Assembly (NCBI GenBank): GCA_031414595.1
Contig: JANNVX010000014.1
Span: 48,078 to 112,077 of the forward strand
Length of the DNA stretch: 64,000 bases
Direction: 5' to 3'
From: Deinococcales bacterium
Lineage (GTDB): Bacteria > Deinococcota > Deinococci > Deinococcales > JAAFIG01
The position numbers and the translations under genes are program-made. The notes beneath the pieces were generated by a model that was given only the letters and a program-made list of their open reading frames with translations, was not told the origin of the DNA and did not search any database. Of this stretch, positions 1 through 9,266 are shown in pieces. Within the stretch, counting starts at the first letter, position 1. Every line of letters starts with the position of its first letter.

Positions 1-966
1 TCAGCTTCAAATGGTGGTGCGGTCTTTATTGGTAGAGATCAGAAAAACGTTTCATTTGAAAATACACGCTTTTTGAACAATACAGCCACCAGCAATGGTG
101 GGGCGTTATTTATTGATATGCAAAGTGCCTTTAATATGACTAAATCAGCATTTACTGGCAATACCAGTAAAAACTCAGGTGGAGCAATCTTTGTTTCCAA
201 CAGCAATAACATCAGCATCGCTGAAACGAATATCTCCGCCAATCAAGCTCAGACCCAAAGTGGTGGTGGTATTTTTGTTGCCAGTACCAGTCAAATGGCT
301 GTACGCAAGAGTCAGATTTTTGGCAATACTGCTACTGAAATGGGTGGTGGAATTTACATTCAACCTCAAGTATTCCAAGGATTATCACCGATTGTCACGA
401 TTGACAGCATAAGTCTGTACCAGAATCGAGCCAAGAACGGGGCGGGAATATACTCGGCTGGAAACCTAACCATTCAAAACAGTACCGTTTCACAAAACAT
501 AGCGTCCAATCAAGGTGGTGCAGTTTTCAGTGGAGAATCTCCTGAATCTCCACTAGCGCCAATTCTCGTTCTAACCAGTTCAACCTTTTACGATAACCAA
601 GCAGGGGATACGAATGCTAACCAAGTTTACTCAAAGCAAAAATTCACAACTCGCTCGAGTCTGTTCTACAACAGCCAAGGCAAGAACTGCAATGCGCCAG
701 AAGTGATTAGCCTTGGCTACAACATCGCTTCGGATGACAGTTGCAAATTGACTGGAAAAGCTGACCAGAACAATACTGACCCCAAACTCGGACTCCTAGC
801 TGACAATGGTGGTGGTCTCTTGACCCATCTGCCAGTGGTTGGTTCACCAGCCATTGATGTCGTGCCACTGAACACCTGTGAAGCTCGAGACAATCGTGGG
901 GTGGTTCGGCCTCAAGGTGCAGCTTGTGATGTTGGGGCAGTTGAGCGCAGTCCAACGGATAAATAA
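1..966 (+). CDS. Polymorphic-membrane-protein-like beta-helix protein with C-terminal choice-of-anchor Q domain (5'-truncated by window edge)
   Basis: Frame open from position 1. Repeated GGA(I/L/V)F/Y motifs; C-terminal DPKLGLLADNGG..THLP..GSPAID..D.RG..RPQG..CDVGAVE motif. Confidence 0.75.
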   Translation, partial: SASNGGAVFIGRDQKNVSFENTRFLNNTATSNGGALFIDMQSAFNMTKSAFTGNTSKNSGGAIFVSNSNNISIAETNISANQAQTQSGGGIFVASTSQMAVRKSQIFGNTATEMGGGIYIQPQVFQGLSPIVTIDSISLYQNRAKNGAGIYSAGNLTIQNSTVSQNIASNQGGAVFSGESPESPLAPILVLTSSTFYDNQAGDTNANQVYSKQKFTTRSSLFYNSQGKNCNAPEVISLGYNIASDDSCKLTGKADQNNTDPKLGLLADNGGGLLTHLPVVGSPAIDVVPLNTCEARDNRGVVRPQGAACDVGAVERSPTDK

Positions 967-1063
967 CTTTACTTTTGCAGTTAAAAGGCGGAAAATGACT
1001 CGAGACTCCTCGAGATTTTGTCGCTACGGCAATGCGTTCTTAACACAACTGGATGGTTAAACC

Positions 1064-1507
1064 ATGCAAGCATTTATTCCCACAAGACCAGCACCCGCTC
1101 CACCAAGAGTATCACTGCTTGGACTAAAAGCCACAACCATTTTAGAGGTTGGTGAAGCAGTCGAAAACGGTTTTGCCACAAGCCTTGTCAAGCGGTTTGC
1201 TTCGCATATCAATGCTTCGTTGCAAGATACACTCAAACTGCTGGATATAAGCAAACGCACTTTTCACCAATACCAACGCCATAAAAAGCCTCTGAGCCGA
1301 AGTGTAAGTATCAATGTGCTTCTCTTAGCCCAAATCACAGAGGCAGCCGAGCAGTATTTTGAAGATAAAACCAATGCCCATGCTTGGCTTGCCACACCTC
1401 GAACTACTTTTGGAGGCACGACACCTCTTCAGTTCAGTCTGCTGCCCAATGGGGCTGAATACGTTAGAGCCGTGTTGAACAAACTCGAGCATGGGGTTGT
1501 TACGTGA
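1064..1507 (+). CDS. Xre/MbcA/ParS-type antitoxin (HTH plus C-terminal toxin-binding domain); no cognate RES toxin visible
   Basis: C-terminal AHAWLATP..TFGGTTPL....NGAEYVRAVLNKLEHGV motif; HTH-like LKLLDISKRTF. Confidence 0.75.
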   Translation: MQAFIPTRPAPAPPRVSLLGLKATTILEVGEAVENGFATSLVKRFASHINASLQDTLKLLDISKRTFHQYQRHKKPLSRSVSINVLLLAQITEAAEQYFEDKTNAHAWLATPRTTFGGTTPLQFSLLPNGAEYVRAVLNKLEHGVVT

Positions 1508-1647
1508 AATTTGTTTCTGCAACGCGTTTTCAAATAGAAGTAAGCTCAACAATGGCAACTCGGGAAGCATGGATGTCCGAGCAACCCTTTTGGAGTGTCA
1601 CAGTATAGCCCTAACGAAAAGTTGGGCTTTACCTGTTGAATCATTGC

Positions 1648-2112
1648 CTAAGCGTCTTCCTCATCTCTAAGCTCTCGAGTGAATATGTTGGATTCGCAAT
1701 CAATTGGATGAAGACCTATGAATTCTGCATAATCAATGTCGTTCTTTTCAAGGTTTTGGTGTTCGTTTTTATGGACTCCATTTAATCCTTCATCCAACAT
1801 CCGAGCCAAATCCTCGACTTTCCCGCCCCGCTCCTTGAGAAGACGACAAAATTCTTGCCTGCCGATTGATTTTACCAAATCATCCCTATCAAAGAGCATC
1901 GCTGCGTATAATCTTGGTTCTGGCATAAAGGTTTTGTCGTGACTTGAGAATGCAATCAGGTCATAGTTAAGGTCACTTCTTTCACGAATCGCCACAAGAC
2001 GCTTCCCGTACAGGTAAAAATGTGTGTTTTTCGGTAACATTGTTGCCATCCTCATGCACTTGTAGAAAAGAACCTTGCAGCACCACCACAACCAAATCCC
2101 AACGACCACCAA
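1648..2112 (-). CDS. Hypothetical protein (true start probably downstream of 2112)
   Basis: 154-codon ORF with no recognised motif. Confidence 0.5.
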   Translation of the reverse strand: MVVVGIWLWWCCKVLFYKCMRMATMLPKNTHFYLYGKRLVAIRERSDLNYDLIAFSSHDKTFMPEPRLYAAMLFDRDDLVKSIGRQEFCRLLKERGGKVEDLARMLDEGLNGVHKNEHQNLEKNDIDYAEFIGLHPIDCESNIFTRELRDEEDA

Positions 2113-2221
2113 TGCTCAAAAATCACGATTATGACTACTCAAGTAGGAAACGATACTATTGAGGTCATGCTGTGATGATTGATTTCAAACCAAAAGTAAA
2201 TCATGAAACCACAAATAATCA

Positions 2222-2611
2222 CTACCTACCACGGTATCCAAAAACAAAAGCTGGAACTGGCTTGCTCATCGTCTCAAAGTCGGCTTTGACCTGTTGCCTA
2301 TGATTGGTCTGACGGGTGCTACCAGTGGGTTGCAATTGGTCTATCCAAAGTTCCAAAGCATCTTCTGGTGAGTCTTCGTAAACCTCGAGTATTTTAGGTT
2401 CGGTCGGTTTGATGCTATCCCAATGGATGTACCGATGTAAGCGTTGTAAATGCTGTTCTGGACTTTGACTCGAGGCAATCAGTCCAAGCATGTGTGATTC
2501 CTCGAGCATGATTGAACCTGCTTCTTCGCTTCTTAGAAGTTGCAGTAATTTACTGGTGTAGTCACGCCAGACTGTGTTGACTTCACGTTTTTGACGGTTT
2601 CTTTGGCTCAT
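2222..2611 (-). CDS. Hypothetical protein
   Basis: ATG at 2611 (MSQRNRQK) preceded by an AAGGAG RBS. Confidence 0.6.
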   Translation of the reverse strand: MSQRNRQKREVNTVWRDYTSKLLQLLRSEEAGSIMLEESHMLGLIASSQSPEQHLQRLHRYIHWDSIKPTEPKILEVYEDSPEDALELWIDQLQPTGSTRQTNHRQQVKADFETMSKPVPAFVFGYRGR

Positions 2612-2664
2612 ATGATTTACTCCTTTTACACATCTTTTGCTTGTAGTTGCTTTTATTTGAGAAA

Positions 2665-3009
2665 TTATCCAAACTTCCTTTGAACCAAACGCCAGCACAA
2701 AGTGACCATCAGACCAGCGAATAGAATCACTGCCCAACTTGGTAATTGCAGAATCACCGCCAAGCTGTATGAGTAAACCCCAGCACAAAAGGTTAAAGAC
2801 CAGACCAATGGAATTTTGGCAAATAATTGTAGAAACGCATCAAGATTATGCCCATAGTGCTTCTCGAGCAAGAATAGGATGATGGCAAAGACCATCAGGC
2901 TCGAGACAAGACAAAGCCCAATTGAGGCATTGACAGTCACGAGTAATCTTGTTGTCAAACCTCCAGCCAGAACTGCAAAAACAAGCAACTCGAGGTGAAC
3001 CCTTTTCAT
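2665..3009 (-). CDS. Small membrane protein, hypothetical
   Basis: About four hydrophobic segments; ATGA overlap with the upstream ORF. Confidence 0.6.
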   Translation of the reverse strand: MKRVHLELLVFAVLAGGLTTRLLVTVNASIGLCLVSSLMVFAIILFLLEKHYGHNLDAFLQLFAKIPLVWSLTFCAGVYSYSLAVILQLPSWAVILFAGLMVTLCWRLVQRKFG

Positions 3010-3359
3010 GGTGTCTCCAAGTTCGCCTTGCCAAAAAACCGAGTATTCATTTGTTCTCGTAACCGATGATTCTCAAGGGTGAGTTTACCAAGTAAGCGCT
3101 CGAGTAGGATTTCTTGGGCTTTTGATCGCTCGAGTTGTTTTTGTAGATTCAAATTCTCGGTCTCGAGTAAACCAGATTGTTGTTCTGAACTAATAAAAGC
3201 ATCATTACCAAAGCGTTCATATAAAGCTCGCCAAGAAAATAAGGTTGAAGCTAGGATTTTATGTTCTCGAGCCACAGCACTAGGTCGTTTGTGTTGTTCA
3301 ATGACTTCCTTGACCATTCGCAACTTAAATTCGGGGGTGTATAACTTTCGGTTTTTCAT
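3006..3359 (-). CDS. IS3-family OrfA-like HTH/leucine-zipper protein without a catalytic OrfB
   Basis: RKLYTPEFKLRMV...SAVAREHKILASTLFSWR motif followed by a coiled coil; ATGA overlaps on both sides. Confidence 0.7.
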   Translation of the reverse strand: MKNRKLYTPEFKLRMVKEVIEQHKRPSAVAREHKILASTLFSWRALYERFGNDAFISSEQQSGLLETENLNLQKQLERSKAQEILLERLLGKLTLENHRLREQMNTRFFGKANLETP

Positions 3360-3826
3360 GGTCTAGTCCTTACATTAAATGTAATCGTGTGAATCACGGT
3401 ATCTTTTGTATCTCGAGGAAGTTCAGTAAGCTCTAATTGATGCTCGTTATTTAGGGTAAAAGCTATGGTGATTCGGCTTTTGGTTAAAGTCCATCCATCA
3501 CTATTTACAGCACTTGATTCAAGAACTTGTAAAAAAGTGGTTAGAGCTTTCTCAAAGGTCGTCATAAATTGGGGGATTGGTGTTCCAAAATCATTAACAG
3601 TAAAACTTTGGCTATCCACTGAAAATTCAATGTGTACAAGTTCTTCCTTGGTGGTTACGCTGGTTGCAAGGTTTAGTTCGCTTGCTTTTCGGGTTTTGCT
3701 TGCTTTATCGAGATAGAACGCCCATGTCACTTGGGTGATCTGAATTCTTGTGCCTAAAAGGTTATAGGTGTGCGCTATATTGAAGGTGCTTTGTACCGCA
3801 CCAAGATAATCAATGGGCTGGTTCAT
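3356..3826 (-). CDS. Hypothetical protein
   Basis: 156-aa ORF translationally coupled (ATGA) to both neighbours. Confidence 0.6.
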   Translation of the reverse strand: MNQPIDYLGAVQSTFNIAHTYNLLGTRIQITQVTWAFYLDKASKTRKASELNLATSVTTKEELVHIEFSVDSQSFTVNDFGTPIPQFMTTFEKALTTFLQVLESSAVNSDGWTLTKSRITIAFTLNNEHQLELTELPRDTKDTVIHTITFNVRTRP

Positions 3827-4542
3827 TCTCGTGTCCCTAAGCCTAACTCGAGACCATCATCCAAAAGATGGTTTTCATGCTCGTTAGTTAAATTTTCCTC
3901 GAGAATAACTTTGCGTTTCATGGGTGGAATCCATTTCTTCCAATGCTCTGGGATTTCTAATCGCATTGGCTTGAGATTTTGAGCAATTAAGAAACCATGC
4001 TCGAGAACCCCAGTCATGTGTAGATACCGAGCATCTTCGACCAAATTCAGTAAATCGAGGGTGGTTTTAGCACTGACCACAAATGGTTCTATTTTTTTGT
4101 TGTCTGGTGGGTAAACTCGCAGCAATACTAATTTCTCAGCTCGGTCTAAACGGAGGACTTTGCCAGCCGCACTCCAGAAGGTATCAGCACCATTCAAATC
4201 AACGGCATTCTCGAGGGGCATGACTCGAGCCAAGGTGAGGTTGGCTAAGCGTTGGTCTTTGAAGGTCTTGCCGTACAACGTGGCTCTCCAAGTACCAGAG
4301 AGTTGGATTGAAGACTGTTCAGGGTGGGTGTTGCGCCACCTCGAGAAAACCCTTGGGTGAACTCGAGCGATGTAAGTACCATTTTTTGGATTGCCAAGTT
4401 GAATGGTGACTCGAGTGTTTTGCTGGTCATCTTGGATGGTGGCATTGGCTTGGATGAAGAAATGGTGGTTATAGTCGGTGTGAATACCTTTTGGCATTGG
4501 CTGTGGTGTGGTTACAAGAGTTTCAAAAACGTCATTTGACAT
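3823..4542 (-). CDS. Hypothetical protein, paralog of 4575..5171
   Basis: AGGAG RBS; shares WSA.G....D....LV..RVYP...PF..SA...H..G.L...LEIP..W..W with the upstream ORF. Confidence 0.7.
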   Translation of the reverse strand: MSNDVFETLVTTPQPMPKGIHTDYNHHFFIQANATIQDDQQNTRVTIQLGNPKNGTYIARVHPRVFSRWRNTHPEQSSIQLSGTWRATLYGKTFKDQRLANLTLARVMPLENAVDLNGADTFWSAAGKVLRLDRAEKLVLLRVYPPDNKKIEPFVVSAKTTLDLLNLVEDARYLHMTGVLEHGFLIAQNLKPMRLEIPEHWKKWIPPMKRKVILEENLTNEHENHLLDDGLELGLGTRE

Positions 4543-4574
4543 GCTATCTCCTATTCACGGGTTTCTTATCGTCT

Positions 4575-5171
4575 TTAGTTGGCTTTCCAGTTGCGCCAAC
4601 GATCAGGAATTTCTAAATCTTGATTGGTTAATACTTCTGCAACAAGCTTTTTGCCACTTAAGTTCCCTATCAAATGGACAAACTCATTTTTTCTTGGCAA
4701 CTCTTGTTCTACTTTCAAACTGGCTGAAATCAAAAATGGCGTGGCTCGAGCTTGCTCAGGGTAAACCCGAATCGTGACCAATCGGTGTATTGGGTCACTT
4801 TTGGTGATTTGTCCAATAGCACTCCATCGCGGCTGGTGGGAATCTTCTCGTTCTAACTCGAGGGGTTCAATACGATGTAGGTGAAGTGGTTCAAACAGCA
4901 CACTATCGTTCAAAGTGCGGAAATGAAGCGTACATAACCACCAACGATGACTTGCTGGGTTGAGCCTTAACACATCTGCACTGGCTTTAACCCGAAGCAT
5001 GGTGCTATCGGAGAGTTGGATGTCCATATTGTTACCGCTCCCTGAATCGTAAATACAAGCCGCCACTCGCATAAAAGCATGGCATCCATCAGGAATAGGA
5101 AAATCAAAAGTGAGTTTTCGTGGGGTAGTGGTCAATGGTCTGCCTCGAGCTTGGATTTTGTGACTGGTCAT
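4575..5171 (-). CDS. Hypothetical protein, paralog of 3823..4542
   Basis: ATG at 5171 with GAGGTG RBS; shared C-terminal motif with the downstream ORF. Confidence 0.7.
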   Translation of the reverse strand: MTSHKIQARGRPLTTTPRKLTFDFPIPDGCHAFMRVAACIYDSGSGNNMDIQLSDSTMLRVKASADVLRLNPASHRWWLCTLHFRTLNDSVLFEPLHLHRIEPLELEREDSHQPRWSAIGQITKSDPIHRLVTIRVYPEQARATPFLISASLKVEQELPRKNEFVHLIGNLSGKKLVAEVLTNQDLEIPDRWRNWKAN

Positions 5172-5313
5172 AAGAAATGCCACCTCTGTACACATCGGAT
5201 CGTGTTTGTTACAAAAGGTGGTGGTGTTAAACGAGATTGATTGTCTTGAACTGCCAACATGAGTTGTAAGCTCAAGTGCTGACCCTAATTGCTTGGGGCA
5301 TTTACATTATAAC

Positions 5314-5329
5314 ACCGTATATATACGGT
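5314..5329. promoter_or_regulatory. Perfect 16-bp palindrome, candidate Xre operator between divergent transcription units
   Basis: ACCGTATATATACGGT, 37 bp upstream of the xre start codon. Confidence 0.55.
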
Positions 5330-5366
5330 TCTGCTAGTCAAAGTCAACCTGTAGCCTTCGCAAACG

Positions 5367-5594
5367 ATGCCTCGCTTTGCGGTAGACCCAGAGATAATAC
5401 GTGTTCGCATTCGTCAATTACGACTCGAACAGGGTTTAACCCAAGATGAAGTAGCAGCCCGAAGTGGAATCAACGAAAAGCACTATCAAGACCTCGAGAC
5501 GGGAAGGAAAGCCTTTAATCCTACTCTCGAGACCCTCAATGCTTTTGCTTTGACCTTTGAAGTGGAACTGGCTGTCCTTCTAAAATCGGAGTAA
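5367..5594 (+). CDS. Xre-family HTH transcriptional regulator
   Basis: IRQLRLEQGLTQDEVAARSGI...YQDLETG...NPTLETL motif. Confidence 0.9.
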   Translation: MPRFAVDPEIIRVRIRQLRLEQGLTQDEVAARSGINEKHYQDLETGRKAFNPTLETLNAFALTFEVELAVLLKSE

Positions 5595-5761
5595 AACCGT
5601 AGATTCCTGACACGTTATTCGGAAATTTAACGTGAAATACACGGGAGTTTGAAAATCAGAGTTGGTCATTGTAGACCAAACAAAAACAGTATGCTAAGTT
5701 ATCCGTCAGTGACAGACTATTATAAATGTCAACGAAACCTGAATCTTGAGGTAATTAGGAT

Positions 5762-6721
5762 GTGTTTCATATGATTGAAACTGCCAAAAACCCACACTGG
5801 GCAATCCACCCTCAAATCCAAAATGGTGAGTTGTTTGAATCTTGGATTGTGCGGTTGAGTGCCGAAAATGGCTTTCGCCTGCGCGAAGTGATACAGCAAT
5901 TAGAACTCAAAAATGTCTTTTGTTCTAAAAACAATGTTGAGATCAAAGCCGTAAGAAAATTGTCGGATGCAACTGGGATACTTCAATATCGAATCCTCGA
6001 ATCCCATCTTGGGTGGCTTCAAAATCACTCTGATCTTGCCTATGCAAAAACATTTACCCTTTGGGGGCGTAGCCCATCGGACACGATACAGCATTTTAAG
6101 TTTTGCCCAGACTGTTTTGCTAATCAAGACAAGCCACACATACTGCTTGACTGGGCATTTGAAATCACTCAGTTCTGCACGGTACATCAACGACCTTTAC
6201 TCGAGCGTTGTCCAAAATGCCGCGAGCCACTTCAGTTTAGTTTGCTTTTCAACAAAACAATACAACCCGAAATCTGCTCTAATTGCAGCACAAAAATGAA
6301 AATCCATGCTCGGAAACACAGCATTGATTTCAAATTTGGTCTCGAGCTACAAAGACAAATCTTGAGCCTCCGAAAACATGACCAAGTATCACCAAAACAA
6401 TCACGAATTATCCCAGCAAAAACGTTTTTATCAATTGTTGAGCGGATATTTTATCGCTTTACCAATTTACCCAACCAGCAAACCTTCTCTAAATTGACTG
6501 ATCTCTCAGTTATGTTGCTGGATGATCGTTTTTCGCAAGCGTACCGAAGAATAAACGCCCTGACCATTTGTGGCTGGCTTTTAGCCGACCCAATAGTACG
6601 AATTATTACTCTGCGCCAATTCACGCAAAAGTATGTTGAATACTCGACGGCTATTCAAATTATTTCTGTTCTGAATTATGCACAAGCGACATTGCAACCA
6701 CGTAATGGAACTTACCAATGA
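5762..6721 (+). CDS. tniQ: TniQ (Tn7 TnsD/TniQ family target-selection protein); ATG at 5771 is a possible start
   Basis: N-terminal HP...GELFESWIVRLSAENG; FCPDC...W.....FCTVH...LLERCPKC...CSNC zinc motifs; short (about 319 aa); ATGA overlap with cas5. Confidence 0.9.
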   Translation: MFHMIETAKNPHWAIHPQIQNGELFESWIVRLSAENGFRLREVIQQLELKNVFCSKNNVEIKAVRKLSDATGILQYRILESHLGWLQNHSDLAYAKTFTLWGRSPSDTIQHFKFCPDCFANQDKPHILLDWAFEITQFCTVHQRPLLERCPKCREPLQFSLLFNKTIQPEICSNCSTKMKIHARKHSIDFKFGLELQRQILSLRKHDQVSPKQSRIIPAKTFLSIVERIFYRFTNLPNQQTFSKLTDLSVMLLDDRFSQAYRRINALTICGWLLADPIVRIITLRQFTQKYVEYSTAIQIISVLNYAQATLQPRNGTYQ

Positions 6722-7452
6722 GCTTATTTGCACTCGAGGTTTGGGGCGATTACGCCTGTTTCACACGTCCTGAAACAAAAGTTGAAAGACTTAGTTACCC
6801 TGTGATGACTCCAAAAATTGCTCGAGCAATTTTTGGAGCGATCTACACCCAGTTTTCTGGGGGTGAAACACCTCACACAACTTTTTTCTGGCAAGTCAGG
6901 CGAATCGAAATCCTCAATCCAATTGTGTTTATTTCGTTCTCACACAATGAAGTCAAAGGGAGAGCAAGCACTTACAACATTTTGCGCTCAGTTCATCAGC
7001 CCGACGCACTTCAACCGCTCATGGCAGATGGCAATGATGATTCCAGCAAAGAGACTGGGCGCACCCAACGCCAATCAATGATTTTGCGCGAGGTGCGTTA
7101 TCGGATATTCGCTGAACCAGTGCTGTACAATCCAAACCAAAGCAATCTGAAGCAAATCACCCACGAATTTGCTCGACGTGCAGCCAAAGGCAAGTGTTTC
7201 CATCAGCCTTTTTTGGGATGCCGTGAATACATAGCATTTTTCCAGCCAGTTCCGCCCACATTTGGCGTTGGCGCACCGATTTTTGAAGATATTGGTTGGA
7301 TGATCTACGATACGTTTGATCTATCACAGCCAAGCTCAATCACCATTACACCAAGCATTAGTATCTTCAGGGCGACGATTCAAAACGGTGTTCTCGAGAT
7401 ACCGCCGTATGATAGCAACGAGGTACGCAAACTAGGACTGGGAGTGATTTGA
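6718..7452 (+). CDS. cas5c: Type I-C CRISPR-associated protein Cas5c (Cas5d)
   Basis: LEVWGDYACFTRPETKVERLSYPVMTP..AR.IF.AI; TQRQSMILREVRY; GKCFHQPFLGCRE. Confidence 0.95.
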   Translation: MSLFALEVWGDYACFTRPETKVERLSYPVMTPKIARAIFGAIYTQFSGGETPHTTFFWQVRRIEILNPIVFISFSHNEVKGRASTYNILRSVHQPDALQPLMADGNDDSSKETGRTQRQSMILREVRYRIFAEPVLYNPNQSNLKQITHEFARRAAKGKCFHQPFLGCREYIAFFQPVPPTFGVGAPIFEDIGWMIYDTFDLSQPSSITITPSISIFRATIQNGVLEIPPYDSNEVRKLGLGVI

Positions 7453-9266
7453 TGCTCGAGGCTCTGATCGAATATGCTCACCGAAAACAATTGGTTCTCG
7501 AGCCTGGTTTTGCTGGCAGGCGTATTCATTGGTTAATAAATCTTGACTCTAAAGGACAGGTTCAATCCGTTTCTTTTGCAGATGAATCCAAGCGACGAGC
7601 GAAGTTGTTTCCATGCTGTCCAGACCTGCAACAGCCCCAACTGATCAGGCTGCCACATGTACTTAAACAGCTTGGAATACTATCAACACGAGCAGCCCAC
7701 TTTTTAATGGATTCATGTTGTCGTGTGGTGCTTTATCCAGATAACGATCAGTTGGAACAACATAAGACTTTTCTAAACCTAATCCAACTAGCAAGCCAAG
7801 AAGTTAGGATATTACGACCAGTTGCAAAAATGCTTTCAAAGCAAAAGGAAATTGGTCGAGTACATCAAGCCCTCATTCAATTGAAAGCCACAAAAACCGA
7901 CAAAGTATCGTTTTCGGTGGATGGAGTGGTCATACTTGAGGATACAACGTGGCATGATTGGTGGCGAAGATTTTATATAACCACAAGCTCAAAGCAAAAT
8001 TCAGATCGTATGATCAGTCTGGTTTCAGGAGAAGTTATTTCGCCTGCCAGAACACATCCAGCGCTTAAATCCTTGGTCGAAAAAAAAGTAACTTTTGGAG
8101 CGGCAGTAGTGGCTGTGCATAAAACTGCCTTTACCTCATATGGGCTAAAACAAGCCGAACACGCCGCCATGTCAGGAGCATCTGCCGCTGCCTATCATGC
8201 AGCTCTGGAAGATTTATTGAGACAAACTAGGATGGTTCATGGTACGAAAGCGGTGTATTGGTACAACCAAGAAATTCCACTACAATCCGACCCACTGGCG
8301 CTGATGTTGCGCGATGAACGCATAGATAACATCAACTACCGAAAACAGCTTGAGGATATTCTTTCACAAGCTCGAAAAGATGATTCTCGAGATGTTGCTT
8401 GCCATATTGCTGTGTTGCGTGAAAATGAAAATCGGGTCAGGATTTCATTGTACAAAACGCTGCGATTGAGTGAAGTGGCGGCTGGACTTATTAAATGGCT
8501 CGAGGATACTTCAATTGATGGTTTGGCAGGTACTGGTTTCGTAGTTGATCTACCCAGCGAATTTGCTGGTATGTTTCGTCAACGAGTTGGGGGAAAAAGC
8601 GATAAGGCACTTGACTTTCAACCACTACTGATTGTGTTGTACCAGCAGATGCTCAACCCCACTCTACCCATTGCGATGGCTCTGGTTGATTATTCACTTA
8701 AATCGGTCATTACCAGCTTTGTAAAAGGCAAATTTCAGGCAGCATTTGCAACCAAGGCAGATTTACCATTGCGACAAAATTTGGTGATTTACATGGGTAT
8801 TTTGAAAGCATTTTGCCGTCACTCAGGTGATCGAGACCTATTGCAACAACTGAATCCTAATCATCCTAATTCACACTATCAAACAGGTCGGCTCACTGCG
8901 ATGCTCGAGCGTATTGATGGGTTGAATAATCCTCCACATGTTGAACTCAAAAACCAAAGGTTGTTTTTGCAAATTATGACGACACCGAACAATATCCTGC
9001 AAGAAAAAATGGCTTCCAGTCAACGAAAGCTCAAGCGACTTGAAAGAACTCGACGATGGTTCAGCCTATACTTACAAAAAGAAATGAATACGATTTGGGA
9101 GAATCTTGATGCTAAGGTTCGGAGTAATAGCTCAGTAAAACGCCAATGCTTATTCCTATTGGGTTACTTTCAACAAACCATTTCTCAATTGATTGAACCT
9201 GTGCAAAACGATGATTTTTACAATTTGGAGTCGAGAACCTTTAAGGAGCAACATGAAACCGATTGA
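7449..9266 (+). CDS. cas8c: Type I-C CRISPR large subunit Cas8c (Csd1)
   Basis: MLEALIEYA start; AFTSYGLKQ motif; C-terminal Y..GRL.A.LE and FLLGYF.Q motifs; lies between cas5c and cas7c. Confidence 0.9.
   Translation: MMLEALIEYAHRKQLVLEPGFAGRRIHWLINLDSKGQVQSVSFADESKRRAKLFPCCPDLQQPQLIRLPHVLKQLGILSTRAAHFLMDSCCRVVLYPDNDQLEQHKTFLNLIQLASQEVRILRPVAKMLSKQKEIGRVHQALIQLKATKTDKVSFSVDGVVILEDTTWHDWWRRFYITTSSKQNSDRMISLVSGEVISPARTHPALKSLVEKKVTFGAAVVAVHKTAFTSYGLKQAEHAAMSGASAAAYHAALEDLLRQTRMVHGTKAVYWYNQEIPLQSDPLALMLRDERIDNINYRKQLEDILSQARKDDSRDVACHIAVLRENENRVRISLYKTLRLSEVAAGLIKWLEDTSIDGLAGTGFVVDLPSEFAGMFRQRVGGKSDKALDFQPLLIVLYQQMLNPTLPIAMALVDYSLKSVITSFVKGKFQAAFATKADLPLRQNLVIYMGILKAFCRHSGDRDLLQQLNPNHPNSHYQTGRLTAMLERIDGLNNPPHVELKNQRLFLQIMTTPNNILQEKMASSQRKLKRLERTRRWFSLYLQKEMNTIWENLDAKVRSNSSVKRQCLFLLGYFQQTISQLIEPVQNDDFYNLESRTFKEQHETD
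8841..9266 (+). CDS. cas11c: Predicted Cas11c small subunit from an internal in-frame start within cas8c
   Basis: AGGTGAT RBS-like sequence followed by an in-frame TTG at 8841, directly before the QQLNPNHPNSHYQTGRL segment. Confidence 0.5.
   Translation: MQQLNPNHPNSHYQTGRLTAMLERIDGLNNPPHVELKNQRLFLQIMTTPNNILQEKMASSQRKLKRLERTRRWFSLYLQKEMNTIWENLDAKVRSNSSVKRQCLFLLGYFQQTISQLIEPVQNDDFYNLESRTFKEQHETD

Noticed and set aside
3006-3359. Intact IS3 element
   Set aside because: No OrfB integrase domain and no terminal repeats visible.
5606-5625. TnsB-site-like sequence CCTGACACGTTATTCGGAAA (14/20) as the other transposon end
   Set aside because: Single copy, same orientation as the end sites, and no terminal TGT or CCTAT duplication nearby.
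9193-9252. Longer cas7c start given in the ORF track
   Set aside because: The ATG at 9253 has an AAGGAG RBS and matches the typical Cas7c N-terminus.
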